From Fidelibacterota bacterium (GTDB taxonomy: Bacteria; Fidelibacterota; Fidelibacteria; Fidelibacterales; DSDE01), in the NCBI GenBank assembly GCA_046735395.1, contig JBJKQR010000027.1, forward strand, positions 1 through 64,000: DNA of 64,000 nucleotides, in the 5' to 3' direction. Under the pieces are notes generated by a model. It was not told the DNA's origin, made no database searches, and saw only the letters and a program-made list of their open reading frames with translations. Below, piece by piece: positions 47,637-57,214 of the stretch; position 1 is the first letter of the stretch; each line of letters opens with the position of its first letter. A program made the translations under genes and the position numbers.

Positions 47637-48949
47637 TGAATCGTAATTTTTTTCTGATACTGATGATGATGAGCTGGTTCTCCATGCTGGGCGCCCAGGA
47701 TCTGGACATTCCCATCATGTACGAAAATTCTCTGGGAAACGGGCTGAAACTTGTGATGATTCCCATGGAAGGCCGGGAGGACATGGCCGTAAGCCTGCTG
47801 CTGCGCTGCGGATCCCGTGAGGAAGTGGAGCCCGGACAGGAGGGAATGGCCTCCTTCACGGCCTCTGCCATCTTTCAGGATCTGCTGAACCGAAATGACA
47901 GTCTCTTCAATGTGGCCGGTGTCTGCGCGACTCACCAATCCGAGGAAGACTACAACAGTTTTACGCTCTACGGTCCGGTTGCTGATGAAAAGACCATGAT
48001 CCGGGCACTTGCAGACGCATTCATGAATGCGACCTTTGATAAGGCTATTCTCAATGAGACAGCGCTGATCGCCCTGAAATCCATGGATTCCGCGCATCCC
48101 GGACGTGACGGCGCGCTGGAATCACAGCTGCGTACGGATCTTTTCGGAATGCATCCCTATGGACATTCACCGCAGGGGACGGCAGGAAATATTACACAGT
48201 TCAGTACCCACAGCAAGGATGTGAAAAAATTCTTTGAACGCTGCTACCGGCCGGAGAATACGATTCTCTTCATCAGCGGCGGCTTCAACCGGACCGGGGA
48301 AATCTATGAAATGGTCAAACAGCATTTCGGACCCTGGAAGGCCGGGTATAAACCCCGGATCATTCCCGCTTATCCGGCACAGCTTCATGAAAATCGGACC
48401 AGTCTTCTGTCCGGGGACGACGGAGGCTGTCTTTTGTCCTATGTGTGGCGTCTGCCTCCCGCAAACAGGGCACTCGACCTGATGGCATCGCTTTATCTCA
48501 TGGACAGGGCGCTCTTCGGTGAAAAATCCGAACTTGTCCGCTATCTGCGCAATGATGCCGGATCAATTGAATCCGTGAAACGAAAAATCTTTTCTGGACG
48601 GGATGCGGGATATTATGCCATTACACTCGACCTGAAGTCCCTGAACGACATGGACTTTGTGGAACAATATTTTCAGAGGTATATGGCTGATGAGACGCCT
48701 GCGCTGACCCAGAACAGGCTGTCGAACATCAGCCGTGAACTGCAGGCGGAGACGACGGGCCTGAAAAATGATCCTTTTCGGCTGAACAGGGCCCTGATTC
48801 CCTACACGGCGATCAGCGGGGATGCCAAACAGGTCTTTTCAATTCTCAGAGACTGCAGCAGCAGAAGCGTCTATGATATCAGGCAGGCGGAGAATGAATT
48901 GATTCTGCCGTCACGGGCACAAATTTACATCATGAACAGGGAGAAGTGA
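47636..48949 (+). CDS. Exported M16 (insulinase) family protein lacking HXXEH
   Basis: Signal peptide, LGNGLKLV, GSREE.EPG..GMASFTASAIF, HPYGHSPQG, FFERCYRPENT. Confidence 0.72.
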   Translation: MNRNFFLILMMMSWFSMLGAQDLDIPIMYENSLGNGLKLVMIPMEGREDMAVSLLLRCGSREEVEPGQEGMASFTASAIFQDLLNRNDSLFNVAGVCATHQSEEDYNSFTLYGPVADEKTMIRALADAFMNATFDKAILNETALIALKSMDSAHPGRDGALESQLRTDLFGMHPYGHSPQGTAGNITQFSTHSKDVKKFFERCYRPENTILFISGGFNRTGEIYEMVKQHFGPWKAGYKPRIIPAYPAQLHENRTSLLSGDDGGCLLSYVWRLPPANRALDLMASLYLMDRALFGEKSELVRYLRNDAGSIESVKRKIFSGRDAGYYAITLDLKSLNDMDFVEQYFQRYMADETPALTQNRLSNISRELQAETTGLKNDPFRLNRALIPYTAISGDAKQVFSILRDCSSRSVYDIRQAENELILPSRAQIYIMNREK

Positions 48950-48952
48950 CCC

Positions 48953-50431
48953 GTGAAAAAATTGGCTTTACTGACTTTTTATGTATTCCTGATTGCCTGT
49001 TCACGTCCTGAAGCGGATTTCTACCTGAAGACGGAACCGATGCGCGGGAGTGATGAACTGAGTATGATTTACAGCTTTTCTGCGCGCCGCGGAAATTCGG
49101 ATTCAACGGATATGACTGCCGCAGCCATCCTGCAGTATCTGGGCCGGGGATCAGGAAATTCTGTCGAGAGAATGTCCCTGAATGATCAGTTGAAATCCTA
49201 TCATGTAAAAAATTATATACACGCCGGAAAGGACCGGAGCTATCTGCAGTATATATTTCCCGAGCGGTTTTTTCCGAAAGTGTACCCTCTTCTGAAAAAC
49301 AAGCTGCTCTATCCGCATTTTCCAGATACTCTGCATATTTCACCTGCGGACGATTCGGTTCTGAACTGCAGCATCCCCCACACCATACCCGAGCCCATGA
49401 TTGCGCTCTATAAGCAGATTCAGAATCAGGATGCGTCACGTTCTGCGCCTCAGCCCTTTGACGTCACGGCCGAAACACTCAATGATTTATACGAAAATCA
49501 ATTCAGTGTCCGAAACATGAGCCTGATCCTCAGCGGCCAGATGCCGCCGGATCTACGGTCGCTTCTGATTTCTGACTTTTCTTCCTTCCACAGGTACTCC
49601 ATAGGCGAAAAAAATACGGAGGAAGTGGTGGAATTGACACCTGACAGGGGCCGCCGTATCTGGCTTTCCGAATCGGATAAGGGAGAAATTCCCGGAATGC
49701 TGATAGTCTTTCCTCTCGATATGATTAAACATTCCAATGATTATTACGGGATCAAACTGCTGAGCACCTGGCTGGGAGACTGTCCCGGAGGGGGCGGGCT
49801 GTTTGAAAAAGCCCTCGTTCGGCAGCGGGCCATTGCCACTAAAAGTGTCAGCAGCCTGGAACTGCGGCATCTCGGCGATAACGGGCTTGCTCTGGATGCC
49901 TGTGATCAGGGCGCGGTGAATTTCTATATCTATCTGGAGAACGTGACGCCGGATGATGCGGTCTTTGCGCTTCGATACATTGTCCATTCCATGAATTCGC
50001 TTCTGGAAAATGGCTGGGATCAGAACACCTTTGACGATCTGAAGCAGAAGCATCTGTATCGAATGTCCCTTGAAACCGGGGATATCGCATTTCAGGGCAG
50101 GATGGCGGATGCAAGCCGCTGTTATGGCAGTGAGGATCTGCTGAATGTGGAAAGCAGCGTTATAAATTCCATGTCTTCAGAAGCTGCTTATGTCGCGTTG
50201 AACAAGTATATCAATACCGATCAGATGATGGTCTTCTACCGGGGTGAAAATCCGGACCGGCTGGAAAATGCCCTGAAATATCACCTGCGGTCCAGTCTGA
50301 AGAACAGTCAGCTGATGCGGCCGGAAATCCGTCGTGAAAACGCGGCAGTGGACGCGGAAGCTCTGCAGTTTTCCCGTATAGAACGTTTTACAAAATCAAT
50401 TGGAAAGGATGATACATGGACCAGTCGATAA
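48953..50431 (+). CDS. Probable M16-like lipoprotein partner (inactive)
   Basis: GTG start, lipobox FLIAC, LLYPHF, LYENQFSVRNMSLILSG, LFEKALVRQR; adjacent to an M16 gene. Confidence 0.55.
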   Translation: MKKLALLTFYVFLIACSRPEADFYLKTEPMRGSDELSMIYSFSARRGNSDSTDMTAAAILQYLGRGSGNSVERMSLNDQLKSYHVKNYIHAGKDRSYLQYIFPERFFPKVYPLLKNKLLYPHFPDTLHISPADDSVLNCSIPHTIPEPMIALYKQIQNQDASRSAPQPFDVTAETLNDLYENQFSVRNMSLILSGQMPPDLRSLLISDFSSFHRYSIGEKNTEEVVELTPDRGRRIWLSESDKGEIPGMLIVFPLDMIKHSNDYYGIKLLSTWLGDCPGGGGLFEKALVRQRAIATKSVSSLELRHLGDNGLALDACDQGAVNFYIYLENVTPDDAVFALRYIVHSMNSLLENGWDQNTFDDLKQKHLYRMSLETGDIAFQGRMADASRCYGSEDLLNVESSVINSMSSEAAYVALNKYINTDQMMVFYRGENPDRLENALKYHLRSSLKNSQLMRPEIRRENAAVDAEALQFSRIERFTKSIGKDDTWTSR

Positions 50432-51792
50432 GCCGGCGCATGGCGGCGTATGCACTCAACCTGAACTACAGTGATCTGCCCGAGGCCGTCGTCGAGCAGG
50501 CAAAACGCTTTATCTACGACAGTGTGGGCTGCGCATTCGGCGCGCTTCGTACCCGCGATGTAAATATTCTCCGTGACCTCTATACAGAGATGGGCGGCCG
50601 CGAAGAGGCAACGCTGATCGGTTTCGGTGACCGGATCCCGGCCGTCAATGCCACGCTGGTCAATTCTCTCATGGTCCGGGCTCTCGATTTCAATGATATT
50701 TACTGGAAGGAAGATCCCAGCCATCCTTCAGATCTCATTCCGGCGGCTCTGGCCGTGGGGGAGATGGTGGATGCGAGCATAGAGGAACTGATTGTCGCGG
50801 TTGTGCTGGCCTATGAATTTGAGCAGCGTCTCTGCGAATTTGCCAGGCCGGGCGTCCGTGAGCGGAAATGGCATCACGCGACACTGACACAGTTTGTCAG
50901 TCCCCTGGTTGCCGGCAGGCTGCTGAAGCTGACGGAAGACCAGATGGTCTACGCGATCGGTATCAACGGATCCCATAATCACACCATCGGCTGTCCCACT
51001 GCCGGCCAGCTGACCATGATGAAGAATACGGTGGATCCCATGGCCGTACAGTCCGGTGTCTTTGCCGCACTCATGGCTGCCCGGGGTTATACGGGAACCG
51101 AAAAGGTTTTCGAAGGCAAGGAAGGTTTCATGGACGTGTTCGGCCCGGACTGGGATGAGAAGGTGCTGTTTGACGGACTCGGAAAATCCTTTCGTATCAT
51201 GGACTGCGGCATGAAGGCCTTTCCCACGGAAGCGCTGACGCACACCCACATTTCCGCCGCCATCAAGCTGGTTACGGAACACGATATAGATCCGGACACA
51301 ATCCGGACGGTGACGGTGACGACCATCGCCCGGGCCTGTGATATTCTCTTTGATCCCCACAAATATCGTCCCGAGAGCCGGGAAACGGCTGACCACAGCC
51401 TGCCCTACTGTCTGACCCGGGCCATTCTGGACCGGAAAATTACGCCCGCAGCCTTCAGTGATGAAGCGCTCAGGGATCCCCGCGTATGGGAACTGATTGA
51501 TAAGATCAAAGGTGAAGCGTCCATCGAATTTGAGGAAATGTTTCCGGCCAAACAACCGTCACGCGTCGCGATCGAGGTGGAGGACGGACAGGTGTTCACG
51601 ACCTATCTGGAATATCCCAAGGGAGACCCGAGAGAACCCATGACCCTTTCGGATCTGGATGCGAAATTCACCGGGCTGGCTGAAGCTCAGGTTTCCGATG
51701 ATCAGATGAAGGATGTGAAAGCGAGCATCTTCGGAATGGAAAAACTGAGCGGTGTCCGGGAACTCATGAAGAAACTGGTTATCGGAGGATAA
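50416..51792 (+). CDS. MmgE/PrpD family dehydratase (2-methylcitrate dehydratase-like)
   Basis: RALDFND, SHPSD, FEGKEG, KAFP, RETADHSLPY, YPKGDP. Confidence 0.9.
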   Translation: MDQSISRRMAAYALNLNYSDLPEAVVEQAKRFIYDSVGCAFGALRTRDVNILRDLYTEMGGREEATLIGFGDRIPAVNATLVNSLMVRALDFNDIYWKEDPSHPSDLIPAALAVGEMVDASIEELIVAVVLAYEFEQRLCEFARPGVRERKWHHATLTQFVSPLVAGRLLKLTEDQMVYAIGINGSHNHTIGCPTAGQLTMMKNTVDPMAVQSGVFAALMAARGYTGTEKVFEGKEGFMDVFGPDWDEKVLFDGLGKSFRIMDCGMKAFPTEALTHTHISAAIKLVTEHDIDPDTIRTVTVTTIARACDILFDPHKYRPESRETADHSLPYCLTRAILDRKITPAAFSDEALRDPRVWELIDKIKGEASIEFEEMFPAKQPSRVAIEVEDGQVFTTYLEYPKGDPREPMTLSDLDAKFTGLAEAQVSDDQMKDVKASIFGMEKLSGVRELMKKLVIGG

Positions 51793-51793
51793 T

Positions 51794-52387
51794 ATGAAGA
51801 AATCGACGATTGCTGTTATCGTAGCTGTTGTGGTCCTTTTCGGACTGTACCGGGTTTTTGCCTCCACCTACAATAATCTGGTGGTGCTGGATGAAGGTGT
51901 GAGCTCAGCCTGGTCACAGGTTGAAAATCAGTATCAGCGCCGCATGGATCTTATTCCGAATCTGGTCGAAACTGTAAAGGGTTATGCGTCTCATGAGAAG
52001 GAAACACTGACCCAGGTAGCGGAAGCCCGCGCATCGGTGGGAAAAATGCAGATCACGCCTGAAATTCTGAATAATCCGCAGCTCATGGAGAAGTTCAATG
52101 CCGCTCAGGGAACCTTGAGCGGAGCTTTGAGCCGGCTGATGGTTGTGGCCGAAAAATATCCGGACCTGAAAGCCAATGAAAATTTCAAATCCCTTCAGGA
52201 TCAGCTGGAAGGAACGGAAAACCGCATTTCGGTCGAACGGCGACGCTTTAACGAAACCGTACAGACCTACAACACCACCATGCGCCGCTTTCCCACCAAT
52301 ATGATCGCCGGCATGATGGGATTCTCAAAGAAAGTATATTTTGAAAGCGCTGCAGGCGCGGAGCAGGCGCCGCAGGTTAAATTCTGA
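51794..52387 (+). CDS. lemA: LemA family protein
   Basis: YNNLV, WSQVENQYQRRMDLIPNLVETVKGYA, EKYPDLKAN, QLEGTENRI, FPTN. Confidence 0.94.
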   Translation: MKKSTIAVIVAVVVLFGLYRVFASTYNNLVVLDEGVSSAWSQVENQYQRRMDLIPNLVETVKGYASHEKETLTQVAEARASVGKMQITPEILNNPQLMEKFNAAQGTLSGALSRLMVVAEKYPDLKANENFKSLQDQLEGTENRISVERRRFNETVQTYNTTMRRFPTNMIAGMMGFSKKVYFESAAGAEQAPQVKF

Positions 52388-53112
52388 TGAAAAGGATTTC
52401 TGAAATCCTGCTGGGGCTTTTTGTCGCGTCAGCTCTGGCGCTGGCTGTGGAGATTCCGCCTCTCACATCCCATGTCATGGATCAGGCCTCTGTGCTCAGT
52501 ATTGATAACGCGCTAAATGCGGCGCTCAGTGATTACGAAGCCCGTACCGGTGTGCAGCTGGCGGTCTGGACGCTGAACGATCTGGGCGAAGAAAGCATTG
52601 AACAGGTGTCCATGCAGGCTGCCGAAAGCTGGAAGCTGGGACAGAAGGGCCGTGATAACGGTGCGCTGCTGGTTGTGGCCGTCAAGAATCATCGTGTGCG
52701 CATTGAAGCCGGCTACGGCCTGGAATCCAAACTTACGGATTATCAGTGCGGGCGGATCATCCGGGAACGGATCACTCCGTACTTCAAGATGAATGATTAT
52801 AACGGCGGTGTCTCAGAGGGACTGAAGGCCATGGCCTCCGTGATAGCCGCACCCGTGACGGGGAAGGGCAAAAGCCGGGCAAATGAAGGGCCGCGGAGTG
52901 TGTTCGCACCCTTTTTCAGCCTGTTCATGATCTTTATCTTTCTGCGGCTGTTCAGGCGAAATCCCATGGCCGCACTGCTGCTGGGTTCCATGATGTCGGG
53001 CGGCCGGTCCTCAGGCGGATTTCGAGGCGGCGGATTCGGCGGCGGTGGATTCGGGGGTTTCAGCGGCGGCGGCGGAAGTTTCGGCGGCGGCGGTGCCTCA
53101 GGCAGCTGGTAA
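52387..53112 (+). CDS. TPM domain membrane protein with Gly-rich tail
   Basis: WKLGQKGRDNG, RIEAGYGLE, C-terminal GGGGSFGGGGASGSW. Confidence 0.9.
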   Translation: MKRISEILLGLFVASALALAVEIPPLTSHVMDQASVLSIDNALNAALSDYEARTGVQLAVWTLNDLGEESIEQVSMQAAESWKLGQKGRDNGALLVVAVKNHRVRIEAGYGLESKLTDYQCGRIIRERITPYFKMNDYNGGVSEGLKAMASVIAAPVTGKGKSRANEGPRSVFAPFFSLFMIFIFLRLFRRNPMAALLLGSMMSGGRSSGGFRGGGFGGGGFGGFSGGGGSFGGGGASGSW

Positions 53113-53116
53113 GGAG

Positions 53117-53575
53117 ATGCGAATGTTGAACATTAATACCATACTCAATGAGGACGACCGCAAAGCCATCGAAGCGGCAATTCATGACATAGAAAGCCGT
53201 TCGGATGCGGAAGTTCGTATTCTGGTTCTGACCCGCGACCGGGGCAGGATGAAAAAAATGGATATGAGGGCGCTGGCGGAAGCAAAATTTCATGAATTGG
53301 GCATGACAGCTACCCGCCATCACAACGGGCTGCTGCTGCTTATTCATCTGCAGCGGCGGCAGTTTACGCTGATCGGCGATACGGGCCTGCATGACAGAAT
53401 TCCCGATGGAAACTGGGAACCCTATGCGGAAAAACTCAGCAGCTACTTCCGGGAAGAGCGATTCCGGGAGGGTGTTGTCACCATTCTCCAGGAAATCGGC
53501 CTCATCCTCGCTGAACATTTTCCGGTCAGCCCGGATGATACAAATGAACTGCCGGATACCATTGCCGTGGAGTAG
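53117..53575 (+). CDS. TPM domain protein (short form)
   Basis: IESRSDAEVR, T.HHNGLL, IGDTG, HFP...DTNELPD; AAGGAG upstream (start 53117 or 53123). Confidence 0.87.
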   Translation: MRMLNINTILNEDDRKAIEAAIHDIESRSDAEVRILVLTRDRGRMKKMDMRALAEAKFHELGMTATRHHNGLLLLIHLQRRQFTLIGDTGLHDRIPDGNWEPYAEKLSSYFREERFREGVVTILQEIGLILAEHFPVSPDDTNELPDTIAVE

Positions 53576-53630
53576 GTTATTTTCATTTAGAATCTGATAA
53601 ATAATTATTTATAAATAATATATACGATCT

Positions 53631-54945
53631 CACTAGTGTTCGGTTATAAGTTAAATAATTCCAGCTGTTTATAAATACTGCCATCGTCAGATCTGTATTT
53701 AACATCAGTTAGTAGCTGATAAATAGAAGATTTCTCCAAAATGCTGATACTCAAAATCTGTAGAATAGTGTAGAGAGAATGTTCGATTTTCAACTGTTTT
53801 TTAATAATTGCGACCAAAACATACACCGTGACCGCTATCCATATTTGAGATTTGACCGCATTTTCTGATGTGCCGTAAAATGATTTAATCCGCAGGTGTT
53901 GCTTAACCCATTTGAAAAAGAGCTCTATCTGCCAACGATTTTTATATAATTGAGTTATGGTTAGAGCAGGCAAGTCAAAATTGTTTGTCAAAAAGATCAG
54001 CTCTTTGTCTGTTTCAGGATCTCGGTATTTGATTTGTCTCAGATGATCAGGATAGTCCTTCTGTGTATAAAACCCTGTCAGTTTTACCGTTTGATCATAT
54101 CGAAGGCCTGTGACCTTGTCGATGGGATGTGAATATATTCTTTGTGTTTGTGTATTTGTTTTTGCCCGAATCACAAAATAACAGAAAGACTGATGCAGAC
54201 GATACAGACGCACATAATCCAGATAGCCACGATCCACAACATAAAAGCTTCCAGGTTCATAAGGAATTATATCCAGGATATTCACATCATGTACTTTACC
54301 ATCGGTTATTTTGATAAAACTGGGAATGTTGCCTTTTAAATTCAATAAAGTATGGAGTTTGACAGCGGCTTTATGTTTTCTGAAACGTGCCCATGGGAAC
54401 ATGGACAGACACAGATCAATGGTACTGGAATCCAGTGCATACACTGCTTCTTTAATATTGAGAATATTGGGTTCCTCGTTATATAAATCCCGAGCCAGGC
54501 TGATGAGTACCTGCGCAAAATCACTGTAAATCCGATAATCTCTATGCTTATTGGCTTCGGATATAGTACTGAGAACTGGCGTTGTACGAAAGCCCATTCT
54601 ATATAGTTTGGAGTCCACTGCCGTCAAACAGGTGATCACATCTCGCAGGCTATCTCTGTAGGTTAGCTGGGCAAAAGACATTAACAAATAATGTTGCCAG
54701 GATGTATATTTTTGAACTTTGTAATCGCCATCATATCTTTTGACACATTTGGAAAATTCGTAACGAGGAACATAATCCATTATCTGTGCAAAAATAAGTC
54801 TGTCATCCTGCATAAAAACTCCAATTATCCAGTATTTTTGGAGGAAATATACGAAGTTCAAATGCAAAAATATTTTTTCCTTATTTATCATTCTGTTATT
54901 TATTAGGTTATACGACATTTTTTCTACAACAACCGAACACTAGTG
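53631..54945. mobile_element. IS4-family insertion sequence with 15-bp perfect terminal inverted repeats
   Basis: CACTAGTGTTCGGTT at 53631-53645 and AACCGAACACTAGTG at 54931-54945; visibly AT-richer than flanks; encloses a transposase. Confidence 0.92.
53644..54813 (-). CDS. IS4-family DDE transposase (DUF4372-type N-terminus)
   Basis: FAQLTYRDSLRD, ALDSSTI, KLHTLL, VDRGY, FLTN, YKNRWQIELFFKWVKQHL (Y-2-R-3-E-6-K signature). Confidence 0.94.
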   Translation of the reverse strand: MQDDRLIFAQIMDYVPRYEFSKCVKRYDGDYKVQKYTSWQHYLLMSFAQLTYRDSLRDVITCLTAVDSKLYRMGFRTTPVLSTISEANKHRDYRIYSDFAQVLISLARDLYNEEPNILNIKEAVYALDSSTIDLCLSMFPWARFRKHKAAVKLHTLLNLKGNIPSFIKITDGKVHDVNILDIIPYEPGSFYVVDRGYLDYVRLYRLHQSFCYFVIRAKTNTQTQRIYSHPIDKVTGLRYDQTVKLTGFYTQKDYPDHLRQIKYRDPETDKELIFLTNNFDLPALTITQLYKNRWQIELFFKWVKQHLRIKSFYGTSENAVKSQIWIAVTVYVLVAIIKKQLKIEHSLYTILQILSISILEKSSIYQLLTDVKYRSDDGSIYKQLELFNL

Positions 54946-54991
54946 GTCATAATTACCAAATTAGCCTCGGGTAATTCCAGATTATCGGGTT

Positions 54992-55020
54992 AATATCTGC
55001 CATTGTGGCAGATATTTCGC
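54992..55020 (+). promoter_or_regulatory. Inverted repeat overlapping a sigma-54-like GG-N10-GC element upstream of clpB
   Basis: AATATCTGCCA-TTG-TGGCAGATATT; TGGCAGATATTTCGC at 55006-55020. Confidence 0.4.
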
Positions 55021-55066
55021 GCTGGCATGAAATTCGACTGTCTTTCGTAAAAAGAAAGGAGGGCGT

Positions 55067-57151
55067 ATGAATTCGAATGCCCAGATGTTTAATCCCGAAG
55101 AAAATGTCGATGCTCTCAGCAAGTATGGCGTGGATATCACGGCTCTCGCCCGGGAAGGAAAAATTGATCCGGTGATCGGCCGTGAAGAGGAAGTTCGTCG
55201 CATTATTCAGATATTGTCACGGCGAACCAAGAATAACCCCGTGCTTATCGGGGAGCCCGGCACGGGAAAGACCACCGTTGTGGAAGGCCTGGCAAAACGG
55301 ATCACGGACGGTGATATTCCTGATAATTTTCGAAATAAACGATTGATCGCCATGGATCTGTCTGCCATGCTGGCGGGGGCATCCTACCGCGGCCAGTTTG
55401 AAGAACGGCTGAAGAATTTTATCTCTGCGGTCCTGGAAAAGAGTGATGAGATCATCGTTTTCATTGACGAACTGCATACGATCATCGGAACCGGAGCCGC
55501 GGAAGGTCAGATGGATGTCTCGAATATCATCAAACCGGAGCTGGCCCGTGGACGTATGAAAATCGTGGGAGCAACCACGCTCAGGGAATATCAGAAATAT
55601 ATCGAGAAAGACGCTGCCCTGGAGCGCCGTTTCCAGCAGGTTCTCATTCAGGAACCCTCGGAGGAGGACAGTATCACCATCCTCCGGGGAATCCGGGACC
55701 GGTACGAACTTCATCACGGCATCCGCATCAAGGATGGAGCGCTGATCGCCGCAGTGCAGCTGTCGAACCGCTATATCAGTGACCGCTTTCTGCCGGATAA
55801 GGCCATAGATCTCATGGATGAGGCCGCCTCCCGGCTCAGAATGGAAATCAATTCCGTCCCGACGGGCATTGATGATCTGAAACGCCGGGCACTTCAGCTG
55901 GAGATTGAAGCGGAATCTCTGAAAAAGGAAAAGGATGCAAAATCTCAGCAGCGGAAATCGGCCATTCGAAACGAACTTGAAAAGATTGACAAAGACCTTG
56001 CGTCACTCGGAAAGGCCTGGAAGTATGAAAAGGAAATTGTGGACAAGGCAAATGAGATCAAGGAAAAGATTGATAACCTGGCCAGCCGCATGCAGTTTCT
56101 CGAACGGCAGGGCGATCTGCAGCAGGTGGCAAAAATAAAGTACAGCGATATCCCGGCGCTGGAGGCAGAGCTGGAGGATACGAACCGCCAGATTGCCGGG
56201 TTTACGTTTCTGAAAACGGAAGTGGACAGCGAGGATATTGCATCGGTGGTTGCCCGATGGACGGGCATTCCGGTAAATAAGATGCTGGAGAGCGAGATTG
56301 AAAAAGTCATGGGCCTGGAAGATCAGCTTTCTCAGCGCGTAAAAGGCCAGGAGCAGGCTTTGAAGAGTGTGAGCGATGTGATCCGGATGAGTAAGACCGG
56401 TATTCTGGACAAACAGCGCCCCCTCGGTTCCTTCATCTTCATGGGACCTACGGGCGTGGGAAAGACCGAACTTGCCCGGACTCTGGCGGCCAGCATTTTT
56501 GATGACGCGAATGCGCTAATCCGCATTGATATGAGTGAATATATGGAATCCCATTCTGTATCCCGCATGATCGGTTCACCTCCAGGTTATGTGGGGTACG
56601 AGGATGGCGGACAGCTGACCGAAAAAATACGAAAACGTCCCTACGCGGTAATTCTCTTTGATGAAATAGAAAAAGCGCATCCGCAGGTCCTGAATATTCT
56701 GCTGCAGGTTCTGGATGCGGGACGCCTCACCGATTCGAAGGGACGCAGCGTAAATTTCCGGAATACGATGATCATTATGACGTCTAATCTGAAGAAAGAG
56801 GATCTGAAGGTGGTGATGAAACCGGAATTTCTCAACCGTATTGATGAGATCATCTCTTTCAATGATCTGGACCGGAACGCAATGCTGGAGATCATCTCAC
56901 TGCAGCTGGAAGATATTCGGAAACAGCTTCTGTCTGAGGAGATTCAGCTATCCTGGCCGGACTCCCTGCCGGAAGCTATCCTGAACGCTTCCTGGGAAAA
57001 GGAATATGGTGCCCGGTCGGTGAAACGCTTTATCAGGCAGACGCTGCTGTCGGAGCTGGCCATGTATATGCTGCGGCACAGCGGAGAAAAGCATCTGTCA
57101 GTGAATATTGCGGATGGACACGCCGAGATCCGGTCCGGTTCCGGGGAATAA
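55067..57151 (+). CDS. clpB: ClpB-type Hsp100 chaperone lacking the Clp-repeat N-domain
   Basis: KIDPVIGRE, RRTKNNPVLIGEPGTGKT, IDELH, DAALERRF, DRFLPDKAIDL, coiled-coil middle domain, GPTGVGKTE, RIDMSEYME, PEFLNRID. Confidence 0.85.
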   Translation: MNSNAQMFNPEENVDALSKYGVDITALAREGKIDPVIGREEEVRRIIQILSRRTKNNPVLIGEPGTGKTTVVEGLAKRITDGDIPDNFRNKRLIAMDLSAMLAGASYRGQFEERLKNFISAVLEKSDEIIVFIDELHTIIGTGAAEGQMDVSNIIKPELARGRMKIVGATTLREYQKYIEKDAALERRFQQVLIQEPSEEDSITILRGIRDRYELHHGIRIKDGALIAAVQLSNRYISDRFLPDKAIDLMDEAASRLRMEINSVPTGIDDLKRRALQLEIEAESLKKEKDAKSQQRKSAIRNELEKIDKDLASLGKAWKYEKEIVDKANEIKEKIDNLASRMQFLERQGDLQQVAKIKYSDIPALEAELEDTNRQIAGFTFLKTEVDSEDIASVVARWTGIPVNKMLESEIEKVMGLEDQLSQRVKGQEQALKSVSDVIRMSKTGILDKQRPLGSFIFMGPTGVGKTELARTLAASIFDDANALIRIDMSEYMESHSVSRMIGSPPGYVGYEDGGQLTEKIRKRPYAVILFDEIEKAHPQVLNILLQVLDAGRLTDSKGRSVNFRNTMIIMTSNLKKEDLKVVMKPEFLNRIDEIISFNDLDRNAMLEIISLQLEDIRKQLLSEEIQLSWPDSLPEAILNASWEKEYGARSVKRFIRQTLLSELAMYMLRHSGEKHLSVNIADGHAEIRSGSGE

Positions 57152-57163
57152 ATCACCGAAAAT

Positions 57164-57195
57164 AAAAAAGGCGGAGGTCACACTCCGCCTTTTTA
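57164..57195. terminator. Bidirectional intrinsic terminator
   Basis: AAAAAGGCGGAG-GTCACA-CTCCGCCTTTTT between convergent genes. Confidence 0.88.
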
Positions 57196-57214
57196 TAATT
57201 ATACAGATAAATTA

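Noticed and set aside
53020..53110. GGCGGCGG low-complexity repeat
   Set aside because: Encodes the normal Gly-rich tail of TPM-domain proteins
54950..55066. CIRCE or HAIR operator before clpB
   Set aside because: Neither TTAGCACTC-N9-GAGTGCTAA nor CTTGAGT-N7-ACTCAAG is present
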